64,000 nt of DNA, from assembly GCA_964016885.1 (NCBI GenBank), contig OZ024749.1:12772001-12836000 (forward strand), read 5' to 3'. Shown in pieces: positions 51,429-64,000 of this stretch. A program made the translations under genes and the position numbers. The notes beneath the pieces were generated by a model. It searched no databases. It worked only from the letters and a program-made list of their open reading frames with translations, and was not told the DNA's origin. The DNA is from Eledone cirrhosa. Taxonomy: Eukaryota. Within the stretch, counting starts at the first letter, position 1. Each line of letters begins with the position of its first letter.

Positions 51429-51518
51429 TGTGTTACAATTGTTTCGCCGGCAGATAGCTCGAGACACGATTATTGTATGGATCTGTCTGATTCTAGAACT
51501 GCGGGTTCTTCGGACCCA
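51429..51518 (-). ncRNA. Hammerhead-like motif with CCGAAGA core and extended stem II
   Basis: Minus strand reads TGGGT CCGAAGA a CCcGCAG ...(45 nt)... CTGCcGG c GAAA CAATTG TA ACACA. Confidence 0.62.
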
Positions 51519-51574
51519 TGCAATGCTTTCGGAGCAAATTTTCGTTTTATATATATATACCTCGGGTCACTCTT

Positions 51575-52045
51575 GAGTGCTACTGGTAACATGTAACCCA
51601 GTACAACCTGTAGCATGTGTGTGTGTGTGTGTGTATGTATCGGGTCGTCGGTGACTAAACCGGCAACCCCACCAAGTTTACTTGATGAGGAGGGTGATTT
51701 TCGACACCGTGCAGGACAAAAAGCAAACCCTGACAAAGGGCGGAAGAACTCATAAGAATCAACGACCATCCAAAAGTGTGTAAATATGTTTATAGACATG
51801 TACCGCTCGGTTAAACCACTGGGAGTGAAGGACCCCTAACATTTGTCAGGACATTCTTCTAGGAGAAGGCAACTCAGGAAACTGGGATAACTCCGATATA
51901 AAACCTGCGGCTCAGTAGTTACCGATGATGTTGAGCTTTTCTTCTTTTCGGGTTATAGCTACTGTCGCTCAGAGAGTGGAATTGGCTCAGTGCACAGTCT
52001 TTCCTCACTTAAAAAAAAATATCTTCACGCACAGACATTGCACGA
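51575..52045 (+). mobile_element. Second copy of the 39050 retroposon family (5' part)
   Basis: Shared TGCTACTGGTAACATGTA, TAAAC(C/T)GGCAACCCCACCAAG, CTAGGAGAAGG and GAGAGTGG blocks. Confidence 0.7.
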
Positions 52046-52119
52046 TAGAATTAATTAATAATTATTAATAATGGTATATCGTGCAATGTCCATACTCGAT
52101 AGCGAGGGGGCAGCTATCA

Positions 52120-52460
52120 TTAGTGTATATATGTATGTACTGGTGTATATATGTATGTATTGGTGTATATATGTATGTATTAGTGTATATATGTATGTAT
52201 AGTGTATATATGTATGTATTAGTGTATATATGTATGTATTGTTGTATATATGTATGTATTGGTGTATATATATGTATGTATTGGTGTATATATGTATGTA
52301 TTAGTGTATATATGTATGTATTGGCGTATATATGTATGTATTGGCGTATATATGTATGTATTGGTGTATATATGTATGTATTGGCGTATATATGTATGTA
52401 TGGGTGTATATATGTATGTATTGGTGTATATATATGTATGTATTAGTGTATATATGTATG
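52120..52460. repeat. ~20-bp minisatellite TTGGTGTATATATGTATGTA
   Basis: About 17 tandem copies. Confidence 0.9.
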
Positions 52461-52521
52461 TTTAAGTATTTGTGAATGTGTATGCATGTGTGTACGAGTA
52501 TATGTACATATACTTCTCTCC

Positions 52522-52563
<42 letters not shown>

Positions 52564-52583
52564 GTATATGTATATGTGTATAT

Positions 52584-52621
<38 letters not shown>

Positions 52622-53114
52622 GTATGTAAATATGTGTGTCTGCTGTGTTTGTGCCTTCAGTAAAGTAGAATATATTACGGGTCGCGTATCAAGTCAGATA
52701 GATAGATACATAGATAGATACATAGATAGATACATAGATAGATAGGGAGAGAGGGGGTGGGAGTCAGACAGAGAGAGTGGGGGGTGGGTGTGTGTGAGAG
52801 GTAAGGAGATAGAGTTAGGGGTGAGGGGGAGTGGAATTCAGAGATTGCTTTGGGCGGAGTGGCAGACCCGGAAAAACCTGCTAAATATTTGCTGATGCGT
52901 GGGTGGGAGGTATCAGGGTAGTGTGGTAGGGAGGAGTGTGTTGGAGGTGGTGGTAGGTAGGATGGGAGGTATCGGGGTACTGTGGTGGGGAGGACTGTGT
53001 TGGAGGTGGTGGGAGGTAGGGTGGGAGGTATGAGGGTAGTGTGGGGGTGGGGATTGTGTTGGAGGTGGTGGTTGTAGGGTGGGTGGGAGGTAGAGATCGC
53101 GGTAGTGTGTGTGT

Positions 53115-54212
53115 GTGGGGGGGATTGTGTTGGAGGTGGTTGTTGTTGGGGTACTGTGGGGGTGGGGATTGTGTTGGAGGTGGTTGTTGTTGGGGTACTG
53201 TGGGGGTGGGGATTGTGTTGGAGGTGGTGGTTGTTGGGGTACTGTGGGGGTGGGGATTGTGTTGGAGGTGGTGGTTGTTGGGGTACTGTGGGGGTGGGGA
53301 TTGTGTTGGAGGTGGTGGTTGTTGGGGTACTGTGGGGGTGGGGATTGTGTTGGAAGTGGTTGTTGTTGGGGTACTGTGGGGGTGGGGATTGTGTTGGAGG
53401 TGGTGGTTGTTGGGGTACTGTGGGGGTGGGGATTGTGTTGGAGGTGGTGGTTGTTGGGGTACTGTGGGAGTGGGGATTGTGTTGGAGGTGGTTGTTGTTG
53501 GGGTACTGTGGGGGTGGGGATTGTGTTGGAGGTGGTGGTTGTTGGGGTACTGTGGGGGTGGGGATTGTGTTGGAGGTGGTGGTTGTTGGGGTACTGTGGG
53601 GGTGGGGATTGTGTTGGAGGTGATGGTTGTTGGGGTACTGTGTGGGGGTGGGGTTTGTGTTGGAGGTGGTGGTTGTTGGGGTACTGTGGGAGTGGGGATT
53701 GTGTTGGAGGTGATGGTTGTTGGGGTACTGTGGGGGTGGGGATTGTGTTGGAGGTGGTGGTTGTTGGGGTACTGTGTGGGGGTGGGGTTTGTGTTGGAGG
53801 TGGTGGTTGTTGGGGTACTGTGGGGGTGGGGATTGTGTTGGAGGTGATGGTTGTTGGGGTACTGTGTGGGGGTGGGGTTTGTGTTGGAGGTGGTGGTTGT
53901 TGGGGTACTGTGGGGGTGGGGATTGTGTTGGAGGTGGTGGTTGTTGGGGTACTGTGGGAGTGGGGATTGTGTTGGAGGTGGTGGTTGTTGGGGTACTGTG
54001 GGGGTGGGGATTGTGCTGGAGGTGGTTGTTGTTGGGGTACTGTGTGGGGGTGGGGTTTGTGTTGGAGGTGGTGGTTGTTGGGGTACTGTGTGGGGGTGGG
54101 GTTTGTGTTGGAGGTGATGGTTGTTGGGGTACTGTGTGGGGGTGGGGTTTGTGTTGGAGGTGGTGGTTGTTGGGGTACTGTGGGGGTGGGGAATGTGCTG
54201 GAGGTGGTTGTA
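53115..54212. repeat. 44/46-bp G-rich minisatellite
   Basis: Unit GGGGGTGGGGATTGTGTTGGAGGTGGTGGTTGTTGGGGTACTGT; period checked at 53283/53327; diverged units from ~52900. Confidence 0.95.
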
Positions 54213-54962
54213 GGGTGGGTATTAGCTGGTTGTGGTTGCGGGGGTCGGTTTTCAGCTATGTATGTGTGTATGTATGTATGTGTGTGAATGTATGTGTGTA
54301 TGTGTGCGTATGTGTATGTGTGTATGTTTGTCTGTATGTGTGTGTATGTTTGTGCGTATGTATGTTTGTATATGTATGTATGTATGTATGTGTATGTGTG
54401 TATGTATGTATGTATGTTTGTGTGTATGTATGTATGTATGTATGTATGTGTGTATGTCTGTATGTATGTGTGTATGTATGTGTGTGTGTATGTGTGTATG
54501 TATGTATGTATGTGTGTATGTGTGTGTGTATGTGTGTATGTTGTGAGCGGGGTTGTGGTGTGGTGTCTGTTGTGGCGCCATATTATATTACTGTTGTTGT
54601 TGTCATCCTAGTTGCTTTCGTTGGTGGTGGTGGTGGCCGTGACGGTTGTCATTGGTAGGGGTGGGGGTGAGCGGGTGATGGTGGTGTGGTGATGGTGGTG
54701 TGGTGGTGGTGGTCGTGCTGCTGCTGCTGTAGGTGTTGGTGGTGATGTGATGGTGATGGAGGTGGTGTTGTTGGTGGTGGTGGTGTCGCTGGTGGTAGTG
54801 TTTGTGTTGTTGGTGGTGGCGGTGATGTTGGTCGTGCTGTTGGTGGTGTTGGTGGTTTTGGTGGTATGATGGTGGAGGAGGTAGTGCTGCTGCTACTGGT
54901 GCTGTTGGCGGTGTTGGTGGTCGTGGCTCTGGTGTTCTCAATGTGATGATGTTGGTCCTTGT

Positions 54963-57900
54963 GAATCTAGTCCACTACACTGCTAGACATAAACCACCAC
55001 CCAGTTTAACACCCCCATCTAGTCCTCGGCTGTCTTTAATAGAATCTAGTCCACTACACTGCTAGGCATAAACCACCACCCTGTTTAACACCCCCATCTA
55101 GTCCTCGGCTGTCTTTAATAGAATCTAGTCCACTACACTGCTAGACATAAACCACCACCCAGTTTAACACTCCCATCTGGTCCTCGGCTGTCTTTAATAG
55201 AATCTAGTCCACTACACTGCTAGACATAAACCACCACCCTGTTTAACACCCCCATCTAGTCCTCGGCTGTCTTTAATAGAATCTAGTCCACTACACTGCT
55301 AGACATAAACCACCACCCAGTTTAACACTCCCATCTGGTCCTCGGCTGTCTTTAATAGAATCTAGTCCACTACACTGCTAGACATAAACCACCACCCTGT
55401 TTAACACCCCCATCTAGTCCTCGGCTGTCTTTAATAGAATCTAGTCCACTACACTGCTAGACATAAACCACCACCCTGTTTAACACCCCCATCTAGTCCT
55501 CGGCTGTCTTTAATAGAATCTAGTCCACTACACTGCTAGACATAAACCACCACCCTGTTTAACACCCCCATCTAGTCCTCGGCTGTCTTTAATAGAATCT
55601 AGTCCACTACACTGCTAGACATAAACCACCACCCAGTTTAACACCTCCATCTAGTCCTCGGCTGTCTTTAATAGAATCTAGTCCACTACACTGCTAGACA
55701 TAAACCACCACCCAGTTTAACACCCCCATCTGGTCCTCGGCTGTCTTTAATAGAATCTAGTCCACTACACTGCTAGACATAAACTACCACCCAGTTTAAC
55801 ACCCCCATCTGGTCCTCGGCTGTCTTTAATAGAATCTAGTCCACTACACTGCTAGACATAAACCACCACCCAGTTTAACACCCCCATCTGGTCCTCGGCT
55901 GTCTTTAATAGAATCTAGTCCACTACACTGCTAAACATAAACCACCACCCAGTTTAACACCCCCATCTGGTCCTCGGCTGTCTTTAATGGAATCTAGTCC
56001 ACTACACTGCTAGACATAAACCACCACCCAGTTTAACACCCCCATCTGGTCCTCGGCTGTCTTTAATAGAATCTAGTCCACTACACTGCTAGACATAAAC
56101 CACCACCCAGTTTAACACCCCCATCTGGTCCTCGGCTGTCTTTAATAGAATCTAGTCCACTACACTGCTAGACATAAACCACCACCCAGTTTAACACCCC
56201 CATCTGGTCCTCGGCTGTCTTTAATAGAATCTAGTCCACTACACTGCTAGACATAAACCACCACCCAGTTTAACACCCCCATCTGGTCCTCGGCTGTTTT
56301 TAATAGAATCTAGTCCACTACACTGCTAGACATAAACCACCACCCAGTTTAACACCCCCATCTGGTCCTCGGCTGTCTTTAATAGAATCTAGTCCACTAC
56401 ACTGCTAGACATAAACCACCACCCAGTTTAACACCCCCATCTGGTCCTCGGCTGTTTTTAATAGAATCTAGTCCACTACACTGCTAGACATAAACCACCA
56501 CCCAGTTTAACACCCCCATCTGGTCCTCGGCTGCCTTTAATAGAATCTAGTCCACTACACTGCTAGACATAAACCACCACCCAGTTTAACACCCCCATCT
56601 GGTCCTCGGCTGTCTTTAAAAGAATCTAGTCCACTACACTGCTAGACATAAACCACCACCCAGTTTAACACCCCCATCTGGTCCTCGGCTGTCTTTAAAA
56701 GAATCTAGTCCACTACACTGCTAGACATAAACCACCACCCAGTTTAACACCCCCATCTGGTCCTCGGCTGTCTTTAATAGAATCTAGTCCACTACACTGC
56801 TAAACATAAACCACCACCCAGTTTAACACCCCCATCTGGTCCTCGGCTGTCTTTAATGGAATCTAGTCCACTACACTGCTAGACATAAACCACCACCCTC
56901 TTTAACACCCCCATCTGGTCCTCGGCTGTCTTTCATAGAATCTAGTCCACTACACTACTAGACATAAACCACCACCTTGTTTAACACCCCCATCTGGTCC
57001 TCGGCTGTCTTTAATAGAATCTAGTCCACTACACTGCTAGACATAAACTACCACCCAGTTTAACACCCCCATCTGGTCCTAGGCTGTCTTTAATAGAATC
57101 TAGTCCACTACACTGCTAGACATAAACTACAACCCAGTTTAACACCCCCATCTGGTCCTCGGCTGTCTTTAATAGAATCTAGTCCACTACACTGCTAGAC
57201 ATAAACCACCACCCAGTTTAACACCCCCATCTGGTCCTAGGCTGTCTTTAATAGAATCTAGTCCACTACACTGCTAGACATAAACTACCACCCAGTTTAA
57301 CACCCCCATCTGGTCCTAGGCTGTCTTTAATAGAATCTAGTCCACTACACTGCTAGACATAAACTACAACCCAGTTTAACACCCCCATCTGGTCCTCGGC
57401 TGTCTTTAATAGAATCTAGTCCACTACACTGCTAGACATAAACCACCACCCAGTTTAACACCCCCATCTGGTCCTCGGCTGTCTTTAATAGAATCTAGTC
57501 CACTACACTGCTAGACATAAACCACCACCCAGTTTAACACCCCCATCTGGTCCTCGGCTGTCTTTAATAGAATCTAGTCCACTACACTGCTAGACATAAA
57601 CCACCACCCAGTTTAACACCCCCATCTGGTCCTCGGCTGTCTTTAATAGAATCTAGTCCACTACACTGCTAGACATAAACCACCACCCAGTTTAACACCC
57701 CCATCTGGTCCTCGGCTGTTTTTAATAGAATCTAGTCCACTACACTGCTAGACATAAACCACCACCCAGTTTAACACCCCCATCTGGTCCTCGGCTGTCT
57801 TTAATAGAATCTAGTCCACTACACCGCTAGAGATAAACCACCACACAGTTTAACACCCCCATCTGGTCCTCGGCTGTTTTTAATAGAATCTAGTCCACTA

Positions 57901-60900
57901 CCCTGCTAGACATAAACCACCACCCAGTTTAACACCCCCATCTGGTCCTCGGCTGTCTTTAATAGAATCTAGTCCACTACACTGCTAGACATAAACCACC
58001 ACCCAGTTTAACACCCCCATCTGGTCCTCGGCTGTCTTTAAAAGAATCTAGTCCACTACACTGCTAGACATAAACCACCACCCAGTTTAACACCCCCATC
58101 TGGTCCTTGGCTGTCTTTAATGGAATACAGTCCACTACACTGCTAGACATAAACCACCACCCAGTTTAACACCCCCATCTGGTCCTCGGCTGTCTTTAAA
58201 AGAATTTAGTCCACTACACTGCTAGACATAAAGCACCACCCAGTTTAACAACCCCATCTGGTCCTCGGCTGTCTTTAATAGAATCTAGTCCACTACACTG
58301 CTAGACATAAACCACCACCCAGTTTAACACCCCCATCTGGTCCTCGGCTGTCTTTAATAGAATCTAGTCCACTACACTGCTAGACATAAACCACCACCCA
58401 GTTTAACACCCCCATCTGGTCCTCGGCTGTCTTTAATAGAATCTAGTCCACTACACTGCTAGACATAAACCACCACCCAGTTTAACACCCCCATCTAGTC
58501 CTCGGCTGTCTTTAAAAGAATCTAGTCCACTACACTGCTAGACATAAACCACCACCCAGTTTAACACCCCCATCTGGTCCTCGGCTGTCTTTAATAGAAT
58601 CTAGTCCACTACACTGCTAGACATAAACCACCACCAAGTTTAAAACCCCCATCTAGTCCTCGGCTGTCTTTAAAAGAATCTAGTCCACTACACTGCTAGA
58701 CATAAACCACCACCCAGTTTAACACCCCCATCTGGTCCTCGGCTGTCTTTAATAGAATCTAGTCCACTACACTGCTAGACATAAACCACCACCCAGTTTA
58801 ACACCCCCACCTGGTCCTCGGCTGTCTTTAAAAGAATCTAGTCCACTACACTGCTAGATATAAACCACCACCCAGTTTAACACCCCCATCTGGTCCTCGG
58901 CTGTCGTTAAAAGAATCTAGTCCACTACACTGCTAGACATAAACCACCACCCAGTTTAACACCCCCATCTGGTCCTCGGCTGTCTTTAATAGAATCTAGT
59001 CCACTACACTGCTAGACATAAACCACCACCCAGTTTAACACCCCCATCTAGTCCTCGGCTGTCATTAATGGAATCTAGTCCACTACACTGCTAGACATAA
59101 ACCACCACCCAGTTTAACACCCCCATCTGCTCCTCGGCTGTCTTTAGTGGAATCTAGTCCACTACACTGCTAGACATAAACCACCACCCAGTTTAACACC
59201 CCCATCTAGTCCTCGGCTGTCTTTAATGGAATCTAGTCCACTACACTGCTAGACATAAACCACCACCCAGTTTAACACCCCCATCTGCTCCTCGGCTGTC
59301 TTTAATAGAATCTAGTCCACTACACTGCTAGACATAAACCACCACCCAGTTTAACACCCCCATCTAGTCCTCGGCTGTCTTTAATGGAATCTAGTCCACT
59401 ACACTGCTGGACATAAACCACCACCCAGTGTAACACCCCCATCTGGTCCTCGGCTGTCTTTAATGGAATCTAGTCCACTACACTGCTAGACATAAACCAC
59501 CACCCAGTTTAAGACCCCCATCCCGTCCTCGGCTGTCTTTAATAGAATCTAGTCCACTACACTGCTAGACATAAACCACCACCCAGCTTAACATCACCAT
59601 CCGGTCCTCGGCTGTCTTTAATGGAATCTAGTCCACTACACTGCTGGACATAAACCACCACCCAGTTTAACACCCCCATCTAGTCCTCGGCTGTCTTTAA
59701 TAGAATCTAGTCCACTACACTGCTAGACATAAACCACCACCCTGTTTAACACCCCCATCTGGTCCTCGGCTGTCTTTAATGGAATCTAGTCCACTACACT
59801 GCTAGACATAAACCACCACCCAGTTTAACACCCCCATCTAGTCCTCGGCTGTCTTTAATAGAATCTAGTCCACTACACTGCTAGACATAAACCACCACCC
59901 AGTTTAACACCCCCATCTGGTCCTCGGCTGTCTTTAAAAGAATCTAGTCCACTACACTGCTAGACATAAACCACCACCCAGTTTAACACCCCCATCTGGT
60001 CCTCGGCTGTCTTTAAAAGAATCTAGTCCACTACACTGCTAGACATAAACCACCACCCAGTTTAACAACCCCATCTGGTCCTCGGCTGTCTTTAAAAGAA
60101 TCTAGTCCACTACACTGCTAGATATAAACCACCACCCAGTTTAACACCCCCATCTGGTCCTCGGCTGTCTTTAAAAGAATCTAGTCCACTACACTGCTAG
60201 ACATAAACCAACACCCAGTTTAACACCCCCATCTGGTCCTCGGCTGTCTTTAAAAGAATCTAGTCCACTACACTGCTAGACATAAACAACCACCCTGTTT
60301 AACACCCCCATCTGGTGCTCGGCTGTCTTTAATGGAATCTAGTCCACTACACTGCTAGACATAAACCACCACCCTGTTTAACACCCCCATCTGGTCCTCG
60401 GCTGTTTTTAATAGAATCTAGTCCACAACACTGCTAGACATAAAACACCACCCTGTTTAACACCCCCATCTGGTCCTCGGCTGTCTTTAATAGAATCTAG
60501 TCCACTACACTGCCAGACATAAACCACCACCTTGTTTAACACCCCCATCTGGTCCTCGGCTGTCTTTAATAGAATCTAGTCCACTACACTACTAGACATA
60601 AACCACCACCCTGTTTAACACCCCCATCTGGTCCTCGGCTGTCTTTAATAGAATCTAGTCCACTACACTGCTAGACATAAACCACCACCCAGTTTAACAC
60701 CCCCATCTGGTCCTCGGCTGTCTTTAATAGAATCTAGTCCACTACACTGCTAGACATAAACCACCACCCAGTTTAACACCCCCATCTGGTCCTCGGCTGT
60801 CTTTAATAGAATCTAGTCCACTACACTGCTAGACATAAACCACCACCCAGTTTAACACCCCCATCTGGTCCTCGGCTGTCTTTAATAGAATCTAGTCCAC

Positions 60901-63900
60901 TACACTGCTAGACATAAACCACCACCCAGTTTAACACCCCCATCTGGTCCTCGGCTGTCTTTAATAGAATCTAGTCCACTACACTGCTAGACATAAACCA
61001 CCACCCAGTTTAACACCCCCATCTGGTCCTCGGCTGTTTTTAATAGAATCTAGTCCACTACACTGCTAGACATAAAACACCACCCAGTTTAACACCCCCA
61101 TCTGGTCCTCGGCTGTCTTTAATATAATCTAGTCCACTACACTGCTAGACATAAACCACCACCCAGTTTAACACCCCCATCTGGTCCTCGGCTGTTTTTA
61201 ATAGAATCTAGTCCACTACCCTGCTAGACATAAACCACCACCCAGTTTAACACCCCCATCTGGTCCTCGGCTGTCTTTAATAGAATCTAGTCCACTACAC
61301 TGCTAGACATAAACCACCACCCAGTTTAACACCCCCATCTGGTCCTCGGCTGTCTTTAAAAGAATCTAGTCCACTACACTGCTAGACATAAACCACCACC
61401 CAGTTTAACACTCCCATCTGGTCCTCGGCTGTCTTTAATAGAATCTAGTCCACTACACTGCTAGACATAAACCACCACCCTGTTTAACACCCCCATCTAG
61501 TCCTCGGCTGTCTTTAATAGAATCTAGTCCACTACACTGCTAGACATAAACCACCACCCAGTTTAACACTCCCATCTGGTCCTCGGCTGTCTTTAATAGA
61601 ATCTAGTCCACTACACTGCTAGACATAAACCACCACCCTGTTTAACACCCCCATCTAGTCCTCGGCTGTCTTTAATAGAATCTAGTCCACTACACTGCTA
61701 GACATAAACCACCACCCTGTTTAACACCCCCATCTAGTCCTCGGCTGTCTTTAATAGAATCTAGTCCACTACACTGCTAGACATAAACCACCACCCTGTT
61801 TAACACCCCCATCTAGTCCTCGGCTGTCTTTAATAGAATCTAGTCCACTACACTGCTAGACATAAACCACCACCCAGTTTAACACCTCCATCTAGTCCTC
61901 GGCTGTCTTTAATAGAATCTAGTCCACTACACTGCTAGACATAAACCACCACCCAGTTTAACACCCCCATCTGGTCCTCGGCTGTCTTTAATAGAATCTA
62001 GTCCACTACACTGCTAGACATAAACTACCACCCAGTTTAACACCCCCATCTGGTCCTCGGCTGTCTTTAATAGAATCTAGTCCACTACACTGCTAGACAT
62101 AAACCACCACCCAGTTTAACACCCCCATCTGGTCCTCGGCTGTCTTTAATAGAATCTAGTCCACTACACTGCTAAACATAAACCACCACCCAGTTTAACA
62201 CCCCCATCTGGTCCTCGGCTGTCTTTAATGGAATCTAGTCCACTACACTGCTAGACATAAACCACCACCCAGTTTAACACCCCCATCTGGTCCTCGGCTG
62301 TCTTTAATAGAATCTAGTCCACTACACTGCTAGACATAAACCACCACCCAGTTTAACACCCCCATCTGGTCCTCGGCTGTCTTTAATAGAATCTAGTCCA
62401 CTACACTGCTAGACATAAACCACCACCCAGTTTAACACCCCCATCTGGTCCTCGGCTGTCTTTAATAGAATCTAGTCCACTACACTGCTAGACATAAACC
62501 ACCACCCAGTTTAACACCCCCATCTGGTCCTCGGCTGTTTTTAATAGAATCTAGTCCACTACACTGCTAGACATAAACCACCACCCAGTTTAACACCCCC
62601 ATCTGGTCCTCGGCTGTCTTTAATAGAATCTAGTCCACTACACTGCTAGACATAAACCACCACCCAGTTTAACACCCCCATCTGGTCCTCGGCTGTTTTT
62701 AATAGAATCTAGTCCACTACACTGCTAGACATAAACCACCACCCAGTTTAACACCCCCATCTGGTCCTCGGCTGTCTTTAATAGAATCTAGTCCACTACA
62801 CTGCTAGACATAAACCACCACCCAGTTTAACACCCCCATCTGGTCCTCGGCTGTCTTTAAAAGAATCTAGTCCACTACACTGCTAGACATAAACCACCAC
62901 CCAGTTTAACACCCCCATCTGGTCCTCGGCTGTCTTTAAAAGAATCTAGTCCACTACACTGCTAGACATAAACCACCACCCAGTTTAACACCCCCATCTG
63001 GTCCTCGGCTGTCTTTAATAGAATCTAGTCCACTACACTGCTAAACATAAACCACCACCCAGTTTAACACCCCCATCTGGTCCTCGGCTGTCTTTAATGG
63101 AATCTAGTCCACTACACTGCTAGACATAAACCACCACCCTCTTTAACACCCCCATCTGGTCCTCGGCTGTCTTTCATAGAATCTAGTCCACTACACTACT
63201 AGACATAAACCACCACCTTGTTTAACACCCCCATCTGGTCCTCGGCTGTCTTTAATAGAATCTAGTCCACTACACTGCTAGACATAAACTACCACCCAGT
63301 TTAACACCCCCATCTGGTCCTCGGCTGTCTTTAATAGAATCTAGTCCACTACACTGCTAGACATAAACCACCACCCAGTTTAACACCCCCATCTGGTCCT
63401 CGGCTGTCTTTAATAGAATCTAGTCCACTACACTGCTAGACATAAACCACCACCCAGTTTAACACCCCCATCTGGTCCTCGGCTGTCTTTAATAGAATCT
63501 AGTCCACTACACTGCTAGACATAAACCACCACCCAGTTTAACACCCCCATCTGGTCCTCGGCTGTCTTTAATAGAATCTAGTCCACTACACTGCTAGACA
63601 TAAACCACCACCCAGTTTAACACCCCCATCTGGTCCTCGGCTGTTTTTAATAGAATCTAGTCCACTACACTGCTAGACATAAACCACCACCCAGTTTAAC
63701 ACCCCCATCTGGTCCTCGGCTGTCTTTAATAGAATCTAGTCCACTACACCGCTAGAGATAAACCACCACACAGTTTAACACCCCCATCTGGTCCTCGGCT
63801 GTTTTTAATAGAATCTAGTCCACTACCCTGCTAGACATAAACCACCACCCAGTTTAACACCCCCATCTGGTCCTCGGCTGTCTTTAATAGAATCTAGTCC

Positions 63901-64000
63901 ACTACACTGCTAGACATAAACCACCACCCAGTTTAACACCCCCATCTGGTCCTCGGCTGTCTTTAAAAGAATCTAGTCCACTACACTGCTAGACATAAAC
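54963..64000. repeat. 79-bp satellite array, at least 114 units, running off the window
   Basis: Unit GAATCTAGTCCACTACACTGCTAGACATAAACCACCACCCAGTTTAACACCCCCATCTRGTCCTCGGCTGTCTTTAATA; period 54963/55042. Confidence 0.98.

Noticed and set aside
55641-61882. Significance of the superperiod being 79 x 79 bp
   Set aside because: Coincidence; the offset changes to 75 units further along.
54963-64000. CRISPR-like regular array
   Set aside because: No unique spacers and no cas genes; it is a eukaryotic tandem satellite. The same holds for the 24- and 55-bp arrays.

Overview
This is eukaryotic, very repeat-rich DNA. The SINE types and dense (TA)n/(CA)n/(GA)n microsatellites suggest an octopus-like cephalopod (inference). 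Almost all ORFs in the track are microsatellite artefacts. Real coding signal is limited to three 5'-truncated Penelope-like element (PLE) GIY-YIG fragments, two RTE-type LINE 3' ends, and a probable first, signal-peptide exon of a host gene on the minus strand (20177-19991). The main hidden structure lies in the short unique-looking islands between (TA)n tracts. They hold about 16 type I hammerhead ribozyme (HHR) motifs from several unrelated families, apparently PLE termini. These show covariation in stem II, palindromic minimal stem III, a repeated CCGAAGA (U4C) core variant and large structured stem II insertions. Many insertions are inverted or head-to-head, and several palindromes fold back exactly at HHR stem II or stem III. 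The window also has 24-, 44- and 55-bp minisatellites, a 79-bp satellite with higher-order duplication, and a 200-N gap. All pairings were read by eye, with no folding software or database searches.
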